Below, one piece after another: positions 8,757-18,026 of a stretch of DNA of 38,767 nucleotides. A program made the translations under genes and the position numbers. The first letter of the stretch is position 1, and each line of letters opens with the position of its first letter. Under the pieces are notes generated by a model. It was not told where the DNA came from. It made no database searches and saw nothing but the letters and a program-made list of their open reading frames with translations. The stretch comes from a virus (taxonomy: Duplodnaviria > Caudoviricetes), in IMG/VR virus record IMGVR_UViG_3300032312_001354, positions 1-38,767 of that record; one strand, 5' to 3'.

Positions 8757-9666
8757 TACTATATACGACAATATTGAGTTTGCTTTAAGTCTACATGGTA
8801 AAGATATGATTTTGAGCACTCTTGGTATTGTAAATAATAAAACACATATTGATCAATATACTAATGAATACTATATCAATGATTTAAATTTTAGAGATAA
8901 TAGGAACTGGCAACCTGGTGAGCCATCTGACATAGTCGCTCTAGGTTGTTCTCAGACTTTTGGTGTTTCAGTTCCACAAGAATATACATGGCCATCAATT
9001 ATAGAAAATAAAACTGGTAAAACTGTTGCAAATCTTGGAATTTGTGGAGCCTCTGCAGAAAAAATGTTAGATTCTTTTTTATATTATTTAGACAATATTG
9101 GAATACCAAAGTATGTATTTGCATGCTTTCCAGATCATTTAAGATATAGTCATGTAGTTGAGGGTAGTTTTTACAAAATAGATTCAAAAGTTGACAAAAC
9201 ACCAAGATCCAAAAAGGTTGTTTCAAATCTTAGAACATCCGACCACATTACTGGAGAGGTGCACATAAAAGATAAAATTATAAAATTGCCAACAGATCCA
9301 AGATATCTTATCCCAACACAAGAGGCAATTAGTCAATACATATCTTCAATATACACAATTGAAAAAGTATGCAAACTACTTGGTATAAAGTTTTATTGGG
9401 GAACTTGGAAAGATGAATCACAAATAATTTTTACAAAAAATCTTTTTTTAAAAAATAATTTTTGCTTAGACAGTAAGAAACATTTAGAAGAAATAAATTC
9501 AAATCATCAAAAAGATTGTAAATCTTATCATCTATTAGAAAAAACAGAATTAGATAAATATAAGGATACAATGTGGGATCGTGGATATGACAATATTCAC
9601 TTTGGAATTCACTGGCAGTTTCATACCGCAGAAAGTTTTATTAAAAAAATAGGAGATACTAAATGA
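8737..9666 (+). CDS. SGNH/GDSL hydrolase-like protein
   Basis: VALGCSQTFG (block I Ser), WP, NLGICGAS (block II), D..HFG (block V). Confidence 0.65.
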   Translation: MKNTYINTIYDNIEFALSLHGKDMILSTLGIVNNKTHIDQYTNEYYINDLNFRDNRNWQPGEPSDIVALGCSQTFGVSVPQEYTWPSIIENKTGKTVANLGICGASAEKMLDSFLYYLDNIGIPKYVFACFPDHLRYSHVVEGSFYKIDSKVDKTPRSKKVVSNLRTSDHITGEVHIKDKIIKLPTDPRYLIPTQEAISQYISSIYTIEKVCKLLGIKFYWGTWKDESQIIFTKNLFLKNNFCLDSKKHLEEINSNHQKDCKSYHLLEKTELDKYKDTMWDRGYDNIHFGIHWQFHTAESFIKKIGDTK

Positions 9667-11096
9667 TCATACTTGGTATAAATGAAACAACACATGACGC
9701 ATCTGTATCTTTGATAAAAGACGGAGAAGTTCTTTTTGCAGGGCATGCTGAAAGGTATAGCAAGGAAAAAAATGATTGGTTTACGAATAAAGAACTAATT
9801 AAAGATGCATTGCAGTACGGGTATCCAGACAAGATTGCATATTATGAGAAGCCACTACTTAAAAAACTTAGAATAAAAACTAAAGGTGGGTTTGGTGGGG
9901 ACAGACCTTGGTTTGAGTCTACAGAACTTGGAGAATTGCCAAGAAAAAACTTTGGTCATCATTACTCTCATGCAGCAGCAGGGTACTACACAAGCGCATT
10001 TAATGATGCATGCATTGTAGTGCTGGATGCAATTGGTGAATTTAATACCTCAACAATTTGGGTTGGTGAAGGCGACAAGATTAAACTTAAGTATAAACAA
10101 AATTACCCAGTCAGTTTTGGATTGTTTTACTCAGCCTTTACTCAACTGATAGGACTAATGCCAAATCAAGAAGAATATATTATGATGGGTATGGCTGCAT
10201 ACGGAGACTGGAAAAAGTATTACAAAAAGGTAGATGAGTATTTCCCACAGTACGATCAACAAAAATATAACTTTCATAAGGGAATTACTGACTGGGGATG
10301 GATTAGTTCAGAGCAAGATAAATTTGATATAGCAGCAGCGGTTCAAATGGTGTACGAGCAAAGACTAAACGACTTTATGCGTATGGCAAAAAGAATGACT
10401 GGTAAAAATAACTTGGTGTTCATGGGTGGTTGTGCACTTAACTCTTCAGCAAATACATTGCTATGGAATATTTTTGATATGATATGGATTATGCCTAACC
10501 CTGGAGATGCTGGTAGTTCATTAGGAGCAGCAGCAGCCTTATATGGTAAGCACCTTGACTGGAAGACTCCTTATCTTGGTTATGATCTTGGAGGAGAGTA
10601 TCCTGTTCAGCAAATTGTGGACGGTATATTAAAAGATGGAATTGTAGCAGTAGCATCAGGAAGAGCAGAGTATGGTCCAAGAGCATTGGGAAATAGATCA
10701 ATCCTTGCCGATCCAAGAGATCCATTGATTAAAGACAAAGTTAATCTAATTAAACAGAGAGAGTTGTTTAGGCCATTTGCTCCAGTAGTTATGGAAGAGT
10801 GTGCATCTAATTGGTTTGATATGGACTTTACAAGCCCTTATATGCAGTATACAGTCAAGTGCTTACAGCCAGAAAAGATTCCATCTGTAGTACATGCTGA
10901 CGGAACATCAAGAGTTCAAACGGTAAATAGGGAACAGCATCGTGGACTATGGAGAGCAATTAATAAGTTTTACCTTGAAACTGGTATTCCAGTACTACTA
11001 AATACAAGTCTTAACATTAAAGGTCAGCCACTGCTTAATGATGAAACTGATATTATTAAATGGGAAAAAGAATATAACTTTACAATCTGCAGGTAA
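9663..11096 (+). CDS. Carbamoyltransferase, CmcH/NodU family
   Basis: ILGIN..HD, ERY, HHYSHAA, DAIGE, MGMAAYG, GGCALN, GDAG, RAEYGPRALGNRSILADP, RE.FRPFAP, VVH.DGTSRVQTV, LLNTSLN..GQP. Confidence 0.93.
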   Translation: MIILGINETTHDASVSLIKDGEVLFAGHAERYSKEKNDWFTNKELIKDALQYGYPDKIAYYEKPLLKKLRIKTKGGFGGDRPWFESTELGELPRKNFGHHYSHAAAGYYTSAFNDACIVVLDAIGEFNTSTIWVGEGDKIKLKYKQNYPVSFGLFYSAFTQLIGLMPNQEEYIMMGMAAYGDWKKYYKKVDEYFPQYDQQKYNFHKGITDWGWISSEQDKFDIAAAVQMVYEQRLNDFMRMAKRMTGKNNLVFMGGCALNSSANTLLWNIFDMIWIMPNPGDAGSSLGAAAALYGKHLDWKTPYLGYDLGGEYPVQQIVDGILKDGIVAVASGRAEYGPRALGNRSILADPRDPLIKDKVNLIKQRELFRPFAPVVMEECASNWFDMDFTSPYMQYTVKCLQPEKIPSVVHADGTSRVQTVNREQHRGLWRAINKFYLETGIPVLLNTSLNIKGQPLLNDETDIIKWEKEYNFTICR

Positions 11097-11134
11097 GATG
11101 ATATAATAGTTAGTATAAACAAAGGAGGCCAGAC

Positions 11135-11740
11135 ATGGCAGCAAAAGGTAGTCTAGAAGCAATCATTGAGGTTGCAAAGAAAGAAGTGGGCACAATCGAA
11201 GGCCCAAAAGATAACGACACAAAGTACGGTGCATGGATTAAGGTAAACTTTCAACCTTGGTGCCAGTCGTTTGTTTCGTGGTGTGCGTTCACAGCGGGAG
11301 TAAAATCATTCCCTAAGTCAGCATCAACAGTAGCAGCAGCAGATTGGTTTAAGAAGGCTGAGCGTTGGTCAGATGCTCGTAATGATGATCCACAAGCAGG
11401 AGACTGGATCTATTTTGATTTCCCAGAAGACGGTGTAAATCGTATTTCACATGTTGGCCTTTGTATTAAGAACAATGGTGATGGAACTATCCAGGTTATT
11501 GAAGGAAACACTTCAGGAACTGCTAAGGGTGACCAACGAAATGGCGGAATGTGTGTAGAGAAGACTCGTGGATATGTAAAGAACAATAAGAAGAAGTTAG
11601 TCAATGCTGTAGTTGGTTGGGGTCGTCCAGTTTACGCTGGTGAAGAAAACGCTCCACTACTAAACAAAACAGCAACTCCAGTTGTAACATCACCTGCTGC
11701 AAAGAAACCAGCAAAGCCTGTAGTTAAGAAGGCAAAGTAA
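11135..11740 (+). CDS. CHAP-domain amidase/endopeptidase (possible endolysin)
   Basis: PWCQSFVSW (Cys), SHVG (His), IEGNT; Lys/Pro-rich tail. Confidence 0.85.
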   Translation: MAAKGSLEAIIEVAKKEVGTIEGPKDNDTKYGAWIKVNFQPWCQSFVSWCAFTAGVKSFPKSASTVAAADWFKKAERWSDARNDDPQAGDWIYFDFPEDGVNRISHVGLCIKNNGDGTIQVIEGNTSGTAKGDQRNGGMCVEKTRGYVKNNKKKLVNAVVGWGRPVYAGEENAPLLNKTATPVVTSPAAKKPAKPVVKKAK

Positions 11741-11941
11741 ATGGAATCAACTAAAAGAACTCTACTTAAAACAGCAAGTTGGGAAATATTTCATCTTGTA
11801 GGTGTTGCTGGTGTAATTTATTTGTTTACTGGTGAGTGGGAATATGCAAGCCTTGGTGCTCTTATTTATATTGGATGGGAAGCATTAGGATACTTTTTAC
11901 ACGAAAGAGTTTGGGCTAAGTTTGGAAAGGAGATTAAGTAA
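11741..11941 (+). CDS. DUF2061-like small membrane protein
   Basis: ES.KR.L.KT.SW...two TM...YFLHERVW. Confidence 0.75.
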   Translation: MESTKRTLLKTASWEIFHLVGVAGVIYLFTGEWEYASLGALIYIGWEALGYFLHERVWAKFGKEIK

Positions 11942-12048
11942 TGAGAATCAAAATTATTAAGTTTGTAGTAAAGGCTTTAGGTTATCAGTGGTCTGGAGAT
12001 GAACTTAAACTACCAGTTTGGTATGTTAAAGAAAAGAAAAAGAAGTAG
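11941..12048 (+). CDS. 35-aa hypothetical protein
   Basis: MRIKIIKFVVKALGYQWSGDELKLPVWYVKEKKKK, coupled to both neighbours. Confidence 0.55.
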   Translation: MRIKIIKFVVKALGYQWSGDELKLPVWYVKEKKKK

Positions 12049-12233
12049 TGGCTCTTTACGAATATCATTGTAGCACTTGTGTTGATAATTTTATTAAAGA
12101 AAGATCAATAGCATCAGATGACCCAGGTTACAAATGTGATACTTGTAATTCCGACCTAACTCGTGTATACTCTAATGTAGGAGCAGTTTTCAACGGTAGT
12201 GGATTTTATTCTACTGATAATAGGAAGAAATAG
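12048..12233 (+). CDS. FmdB-family zinc-ribbon protein
   Basis: YEYHCSTC...CDTC...RVYS...FNGSGFYSTD. Confidence 0.8.
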   Translation: MALYEYHCSTCVDNFIKERSIASDDPGYKCDTCNSDLTRVYSNVGAVFNGSGFYSTDNRKK

Positions 12234-12243
12234 GCAGTATACT

Positions 12244-12501
12244 ATGAATACAATGATTGACAGTCCTGCAGAAATTAAAGAGTGGATCTTGAAGGCAACT
12301 GATAGATGTGATTCCTGTGCAGCAGAAGCGCTAGTACAGGTTACTGGTATAAACGGAGAACTTCTTTTCTGTGGCCATCATTACAACAAAATCATGGATA
12401 GCAAAGAAGGTTACGACAAGATGATGTCGTTTATGATCAGTATCATTGATGAACGAGACAAACTTATTGAAAACAAAGCAAAGGAAGCACCACACGCATG
12501 A
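12244..12501 (+). CDS. Small Cys/His zinc-binding protein of actinobacterial type
   Basis: DRCDSC.A.A...LLFCGHH; start moved to ATG 12244. Confidence 0.65.
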   Translation: MNTMIDSPAEIKEWILKATDRCDSCAAEALVQVTGINGELLFCGHHYNKIMDSKEGYDKMMSFMISIIDERDKLIENKAKEAPHA

Positions 12502-13259
12502 TTATTCAGATTATTGGCCTACCTGGTTCTGGCAAAACAGAATTAGCCAAAGCCTTAAAAGAGCGCATTAACGCTATTCATCTAAACGCAGATGAAGTTC
12601 GTTCAACAGTTAACTCAGATTTAGGGTTTGCACCAGAAGATAGACTTGAACAGGCTCGTCGTATGGGAGAGATGGCAAGACTTATTGCTAAGCAAGGTGT
12701 TGCTCCAGTCATCGTTGACTTTGTTTGTCCAACAGATCTAACTCGTGTAGCATTTGGTAAGCCAAACATTTTGGTATTCATGGACACTATTGCTGAAGGT
12801 AGGTTCGAAGACACAAACAAAATGTTTGAGCGACCAACAGAGTTTGATGTCTCATTCATTAGTCACAACTTAGATGCAGAAGCAAAGGCATCTCACATCA
12901 TTGATAAGTTTAGTCTTCACGATTGGTCTGCACCTACAACTCTTATGCTGGGTAGGTATCAGCCCTGGCACGAAGGCCACCATGCCCTTTACAAAGAGGC
13001 TGGAAAGAGAACTAACCAAGTACTTCTTGGAGTACGCAATACATATAATACAAGCGAGAAAGATCCACTTAAGTTCGATCAGGTAAAAGAATATATTGCC
13101 AAGGATGAATTTATGGATGGCGCATTAGTGTTAAGACTACCTAACATTACCAACATTGTATATGGTCGTGATGTAGGATATAAGATTGAACAGGTAGATT
13201 TAGGTGCAGATATTCATGCTATTTCTGCCACACAAAAGCGTAAGGAAATGGGACTTTAA
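12498..13259 (+). CDS. Adenylyl-sulfate kinase-like domain fused to an HxGH nucleotidyltransferase (cytidylyltransferase-like) domain
   Basis: GLPGSGKT, LNADEVR...DLGF...DR....RR, DFVCP (CysC pattern); C-terminal GRYQPWHEGH and ISAT. Confidence 0.8.
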   Translation: MIIQIIGLPGSGKTELAKALKERINAIHLNADEVRSTVNSDLGFAPEDRLEQARRMGEMARLIAKQGVAPVIVDFVCPTDLTRVAFGKPNILVFMDTIAEGRFEDTNKMFERPTEFDVSFISHNLDAEAKASHIIDKFSLHDWSAPTTLMLGRYQPWHEGHHALYKEAGKRTNQVLLGVRNTYNTSEKDPLKFDQVKEYIAKDEFMDGALVLRLPNITNIVYGRDVGYKIEQVDLGADIHAISATQKRKEMGL

Positions 13260-13367
13260 ATGTTAGAAAATGCTATTGCAGTTGTTGTTTCACTTATAGT
13301 TGCCGCTATTGCTGTCCACTTTGTTGACAAAAAGTGGGGTGGATCTGATGAAAGTAACCAAGGCTAG
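13260..13367 (+). CDS. 35-aa single-TM peptide
   Basis: MLENAIAVVVSLIVAAIAVHFVDKKWGGSDESNQG directly after the kinase stop. Confidence 0.45.
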   Translation: MLENAIAVVVSLIVAAIAVHFVDKKWGGSDESNQG

Positions 13368-13551
13368 ATCATTTGCAAAAGCGCTTAGTTATCGTATATG
13401 GGGAACACTATCTTCGTTTGCGGTGGCGTATGTAATTACAGGAGACGCTACTCTTTCAGGTGCAATTGCATTTTGGGAAACGGTAGTTAAAGTATTTATT
13501 TACTACGCACATGAGCGTGGATGGAATAAGATCTCATGGGGTAGAAAGTAG
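13348..13551 (+). CDS. DUF2061-like small membrane protein
   Basis: RSFAKALSYRIWGT...YYAHERGWNKISWG; start moved to ATG 13348. Confidence 0.8.
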   Translation: MKVTKARSFAKALSYRIWGTLSSFAVAYVITGDATLSGAIAFWETVVKVFIYYAHERGWNKISWGRK

Positions 13552-15074
13552 TGAATAAAAAGATAGTTGTTGTAGGTGGCGGTACTGCAGGATGGATGAG
13601 TGCACTAATGGTTAATAAAACTCATCCAGAAGTAGACGTTACTTTGATAGAGTCAAAAGAAATAGGAATTTTAGGCGCTGGAGAAGGAAGCACACCATTC
13701 CTTTATCAATTTTTTAAATATCTTGGAGTATCTTTGTCCGATGTAGTATCAAATTGTGATGCAACAATAAAATATGGAATTAAATTTACTAACTGGAACA
13801 ATGATGGTGAGTTTTATTATCATGGCTTTGGATCAGAGGAGAAAGGGCTGTCATTCCAACCAATAGTTACTCCTTACCAATACATTAGTCCATATGTTTC
13901 TGCAAGCATTTTTTTAAATGATGGTATAAAAGAAATAGATTTTGTAGAAAAAGTTTCAGAAAAAAACAAAGTTCCATTTATCTTTAAGAAAAAGCAAGGC
14001 AAAGATGTAATTTTAGACTATGAGAATATTGGACCCATATCAATTCATTTTAATGCTACCAAACTTGCACAAAGATTAAAAGAAATAGGCTTGAGTAGAG
14101 GCATAAACGTAGTAGAGAGTACTATCAAAGATGTTTCTTTAGATAAAGACAAGTATGTTACTGGTATGGTTTTAGAAAATGATGATGTTGTTTTGTGCGA
14201 TTTTGTTTTTGATTGTAGCGGATTTCACAAACTAATCATTGATAAAGTATTTAATTCAAAATGGAAGAGTTATAAAGATTTTCTTCCAGTAGATTCTGCT
14301 GTTCCTTTTTTTATAGATGTGGAAGAAAGTCTTCCTGCTTATACAGAAGCCATTGCCATGAAGTATGGATGGATGTGGAAAATTCCACTGCAAAATAGAT
14401 TTGGATGTGGATATGTCTATGATTCTTCTTTAATTTCAGAAGAAGAAGCAGTAAAAGAAATTGAAAACTTTTTGGGATATGTACCAAATTATCCAAGAAA
14501 AGACAAGGGTGGTTTTAAATTTAGTGCTGGATCTTACGAAAAAACCTGGATAAACAACTGTGTTGCTATGGGATTAGCAGCAAACTTCGTAGAGCCATTA
14601 GAGGCAACATCTTTGTGGGTAACTGCCACATCTTTGGCGCAACTATTTTCTTATCCTAATTGCTTGACAACTAAGTCGGATAAAATTAAAGATGAATTTA
14701 ATAGAAGGGTGCTTGAAAGAAACGATGAGGTATCGCAATTTATATATTTTCATTATATGAGTTTAAGAGATGACACAGAGTTTTGGAAAAAATTTTCTTA
14801 TGAAGGCGCACCACAAAAATTAAAGGATAGGATTGATATCTGGAATGATAGACTACCAAGCACTTTTGATTCAAGCGATCATCTGGCCTCTAATTCATGG
14901 CTAACCGTTGGAATTGTTCAAGGCAATATTAACAAAAATATTGCAAAAGAATATATAGAAAACTCTGAAAATTTTACTAAAGCACTTAAAAAATACAAGG
15001 GCTGGGTTAACTATCAAGAGCAAAAGGCTTCACAATGTGTTGATCATAGAGAATTTTTGGAGGCTTTAAAATGA
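13551..15074 (+). CDS. Flavin-dependent halogenase, tryptophan halogenase (PrnA/RebH) family
   Basis: VVGGGTAGW, GAGEGS, ATIKYGIKF (catalytic Lys position), DCSGF, GWMWKIP (WxWxIP), FVEPLEAT. Confidence 0.9.
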   Translation: MNKKIVVVGGGTAGWMSALMVNKTHPEVDVTLIESKEIGILGAGEGSTPFLYQFFKYLGVSLSDVVSNCDATIKYGIKFTNWNNDGEFYYHGFGSEEKGLSFQPIVTPYQYISPYVSASIFLNDGIKEIDFVEKVSEKNKVPFIFKKKQGKDVILDYENIGPISIHFNATKLAQRLKEIGLSRGINVVESTIKDVSLDKDKYVTGMVLENDDVVLCDFVFDCSGFHKLIIDKVFNSKWKSYKDFLPVDSAVPFFIDVEESLPAYTEAIAMKYGWMWKIPLQNRFGCGYVYDSSLISEEEAVKEIENFLGYVPNYPRKDKGGFKFSAGSYEKTWINNCVAMGLAANFVEPLEATSLWVTATSLAQLFSYPNCLTTKSDKIKDEFNRRVLERNDEVSQFIYFHYMSLRDDTEFWKKFSYEGAPQKLKDRIDIWNDRLPSTFDSSDHLASNSWLTVGIVQGNINKNIAKEYIENSENFTKALKKYKGWVNYQEQKASQCVDHREFLEALK

Positions 15075-15355
15075 AATTTAGAACAGAATGGATTAATGCT
15101 CTAAAGACAATGAGGCATAAATCTTATTGGAACCTACCTAATACGGTAGAGTTCTTTGCCTTTATGACCAAGGCAGCAATCATTATTCCAGGTCTTATTT
15201 TTGGTGTACAGTTTTGGTGGCTATACATCTTTGCATTAATAACCAGTTTATCTTTAATTTGGTCATCAACAGTTAAAACATTGCCAACAATTATTTGGTT
15301 TAATATAATCTGGTCAATTCTTGCAGCAACTGCTATAATTAAGTATTGGGTCTAA
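15071..15355 (+). CDS. Membrane protein
   Basis: About three hydrophobic helices; ATGA overlap with the halogenase stop. Confidence 0.7.
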   Translation: MKFRTEWINALKTMRHKSYWNLPNTVEFFAFMTKAAIIIPGLIFGVQFWWLYIFALITSLSLIWSSTVKTLPTIIWFNIIWSILAATAIIKYWV

Positions 15356-15365
15356 GGGGGCACAA

Positions 15366-15773
15366 ATGTTTGAATACTATGTAAAGAAAGTAACAAAGGT
15401 CGTTGATGGAGATACCATTGATGTAGATATTGATTTAGGGTTTGACATTTCTTTTAGTTCAAGAGTCAGACTTGCTGGTATTGATACACCTGAGTCTCGT
15501 ACAGCAGACAAGGCTGAAAAGGCCCTGGGACTGGAAGCAAAGGCTTATTTGAAGCATGCTATTGATAGTGCTAAGAGTGTAGTTATTAAGACAGAGAAAA
15601 TGGACTCATCTGAAAAGTATGGTCGTATTCTTGGTTGGGTTTATCTTGATGGAGATACAGTCTCTATTAATGATAAAATGATTAATGATGGACATGCTTG
15701 GGGATACATGGGAGAAACAAAAGTCAAAGATTTTGATGCACTTGCAAAGGCTAGAAAAAAGTCAGGAAAATAA
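15366..15773 (+). CDS. Staphylococcal nuclease (thermonuclease)-like protein
   Basis: VVDGDTID, VRLAGIDTPE, KYGRILG. Confidence 0.9.
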   Translation: MFEYYVKKVTKVVDGDTIDVDIDLGFDISFSSRVRLAGIDTPESRTADKAEKALGLEAKAYLKHAIDSAKSVVIKTEKMDSSEKYGRILGWVYLDGDTVSINDKMINDGHAWGYMGETKVKDFDALAKARKKSGK

Positions 15774-15774
15774 G

Positions 15775-16113
15775 TTGAACTTTAAAGATGAAGATGATGC
15801 AATAGAGCAATTAATATTAGCAGGTGCACTTGAGATTGCTGGAATAGATATTGATACTGGTGAGCCAGTATACAATTTTACAGAAAAACTCATTGACGTT
15901 GACCCAGAACTACATAGCGAGGTCTCTACATATTTTTCTCGTGAGACAATGGCTTTATGGGAAGAGGGTTTTTTAGAAATGGATGTTACTGAAAAAAATC
16001 CAAAAGTTAGGCTAACCCAAAAGGCTTTAGACGAGATGTCGGTAGCAAACCTAGACAAGCAAAAGCAATACACCCTAAAAGAAATAATAAGAATTATTAC
16101 TTTAGATAGGTAG
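15775..16113 (+). CDS. Hypothetical phage protein
   Basis: Non-overlapping part of ORF 15685..16113, TTG start assumed. Confidence 0.65.
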   Translation: MNFKDEDDAIEQLILAGALEIAGIDIDTGEPVYNFTEKLIDVDPELHSEVSTYFSRETMALWEEGFLEMDVTEKNPKVRLTQKALDEMSVANLDKQKQYTLKEIIRIITLDR

Positions 16114-16131
16114 TATAATTGTTTTGGAGAT

Positions 16132-16554
16132 ATGATGGAATACTTTTTGGGATCTGTGATAACGCTTATATCTATGTTTATTACAACAAGGTTTATTTTG
16201 TCACGCAACATTAAAGTTAAGGATGTGCCACTTAGGTACAGTCAAAGCCATATTCATATGCTTGTTTTGCCATTACTTCCTGAGATTAAAAACCATAAAA
16301 AAACAATGATTACTCAGTCTAGCAAACATGAAGAAAAAGTAAATATAAAAGTTGTAATTTTTGACAATAAAGCATACTTTGTAAAGGATGGTACATTTTA
16401 TTGTGCAGACATGGACGGTAAAAATATAGATAGTTCAACCGCAACCCTAGTTGACACAATGGGTATGGATAAGGTACAATTAGATAAGATGCTGTTTATA
16501 ATGGATCAACTTAGAGATGGGAAGAAAAATGATAGTGGGGATTCAAGGAACTAG
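16132..16554 (+). CDS. Hypothetical protein with N-terminal TM
   Basis: SD ggag; hydrophobic N-terminus. Confidence 0.7.
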   Translation: MMEYFLGSVITLISMFITTRFILSRNIKVKDVPLRYSQSHIHMLVLPLLPEIKNHKKTMITQSSKHEEKVNIKVVIFDNKAYFVKDGTFYCADMDGKNIDSSTATLVDTMGMDKVQLDKMLFIMDQLRDGKKNDSGDSRN

Positions 16555-16879
16555 TAGTTTTGATGACTACCAGGTTTTTCTTAGAGCCATGGCCGTTACG
16601 ATGTCTTCTTTAAAAGAAGATGATCCGTACTTCTATCTCTATTCTGCAGGACCAGCCAATATTAACTTAATGGCTATGGAGTTTGCAAACCTGTCAGAAA
16701 GAGGGCTAAAGGCTCGTGGCAAAAGTATTAAGTATAAGGCTGTTGCTCCTTCATGGGTTGCAGAAAATATTTCAGACATAAACTACTTTGCTTTCTTGAG
16801 CAAAGAAAGAGAGCAGGTATCAAAACTTGTTGACGAAGCAAAAAATAAAAATGTCGAATACGGCATTTTCAGATACTAA
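16529..16879 (+). CDS. Hypothetical protein, possibly SLOG/YspA-like
   Basis: MIVGIQGTSSFDDY resembles the SLOG N-terminal G.R.F.DY motif. Confidence 0.45.
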   Translation: MIVGIQGTSSFDDYQVFLRAMAVTMSSLKEDDPYFYLYSAGPANINLMAMEFANLSERGLKARGKSIKYKAVAPSWVAENISDINYFAFLSKEREQVSKLVDEAKNKNVEYGIFRY

Positions 16880-16893
16880 CAGAAAGAATAATA

Positions 16894-17103
16894 ATGCAAA
16901 TTAAATCATTAGATCATATGGAAAAGATTGTAAGTTCAAACAAATCATTACTTTGGGATGGGTGGACAGTGGTCAACTCTTATCCTTCTGAGAAGGGTAG
17001 AACAGCCCCACAGGGAGCATTTGTAGATGGAAAATGGCATATGCAGCGTCGTTTTGTACCTTCTAAGAATGGATGGGATATACCAGACAAGTTTGTGAGT
17101 TAA
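16894..17103 (+). CDS. Hypothetical phage protein
   Basis: 69-aa Trp-rich ORF in the operon. Confidence 0.7.
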   Translation: MQIKSLDHMEKIVSSNKSLLWDGWTVVNSYPSEKGRTAPQGAFVDGKWHMQRRFVPSKNGWDIPDKFVS

Positions 17104-17104
17104 T

Positions 17105-17392
17105 ATGCCAAAACATGAGTGGAAAGATAATGCTTTGTGTTTGGACTATGACACTAATTTATTTTTTGATAAGTATGAAGAAGACGAACTTCTTAGGCCA
17201 GCAATAGATAAATTTTGCTCTGATTGCCCAGTAGCAAAGATGTGTTTTGCTGTTGGTGTTTCTCAAAAGGAGTGGGGTATATGGGGTGGTGTATACTTAG
17301 AGAATGGACAAATCTCTAAAGAATTTTCAAAGCACAAGAATAAGGATGGCTGGGCAAAAACCTGGCAGTATTTAACAATGGAGTCTGAATAG
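17105..17392 (+). CDS. whiB: WhiB-family Fe-S transcription factor
   Basis: W...ALC....LFF...CSDCPV..C...WGIWGG: four Cys plus the G(I/V)WGG turn. Confidence 0.88.
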   Translation: MPKHEWKDNALCLDYDTNLFFDKYEEDELLRPAIDKFCSDCPVAKMCFAVGVSQKEWGIWGGVYLENGQISKEFSKHKNKDGWAKTWQYLTMESE

Positions 17393-17417
17393 TGAACAGT
17401 AAAGAAAGTAGTTACTT

Positions 17418-17633
17418 ATGTGGTCTTGGATATTAGCAGCCATAGGCGTAACAGGAATATTTTTTGTAGGACGAAAGGTAATATGGGCCTGGGTATTGTT
17501 GCTATTTAATGAGTTGCTGTGGATAATCTATGCAGTAACAACTAAGCAATATGGTTTTATCGTTGCAGCAATTGCATACGGTATTGTTTATGTTAAATCT
17601 TTTATGCATTGGAGGAAAGATGAGAAAATCTAG
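17418..17633 (+). CDS. Small three-TM membrane protein (PnuC-half-like)
   Basis: Trp-rich hydrophobic helices. Confidence 0.6.
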   Translation: MWSWILAAIGVTGIFFVGRKVIWAWVLLLFNELLWIIYAVTTKQYGFIVAAIAYGIVYVKSFMHWRKDEKI

Positions 17634-17790
17634 AGAGTTTGAAGAGTTAGACAAGTCAGTTAGACTAGTAGTTAAAACCAAGTCTCCTAAAAAGTGGTTG
17701 CTGATTGATAGAGAAACTGGAAACGTTTTTGAAGGAAATTCAGATGGCGCATGGGATAGACTTGATCCAGTCAGAAGAGAAAATACATAG
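17620..17790 (+). CDS. Hypothetical protein
   Basis: MRKSREF...KTKSPKKWLLIDRETGNVFEG; SD ggagg before ATG 17620. Confidence 0.6.
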   Translation: MRKSREFEELDKSVRLVVKTKSPKKWLLIDRETGNVFEGNSDGAWDRLDPVRRENT

Positions 17791-18026
17791 TGTATACGGA
17801 TAAAATGAAAATGGCCTTTCATTCACTTAGAGGACCAAAAGGTTTTCATCTTCAGGTAATTGATCATAACAACTTTTTAACAATAAAGGCAAGTGAAAAA
17901 CAGTTTATGAGTTTATCTGGAGAAGAAAGAAAGCATGCTGTAGAGTACATGATACGTGCAAAAAAAGCATTAGAAGATAATGGTGCCATTGTGTTGTTGG
18001 TAAGAGAAGGAGGGAAAGAAAAATGA
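17790..18026 (+). CDS. Hypothetical phage protein
   Basis: Coupled ORF, 78 aa. Confidence 0.7.
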   Translation: MYTDKMKMAFHSLRGPKGFHLQVIDHNNFLTIKASEKQFMSLSGEERKHAVEYMIRAKKALEDNGAIVLLVREGGKEK

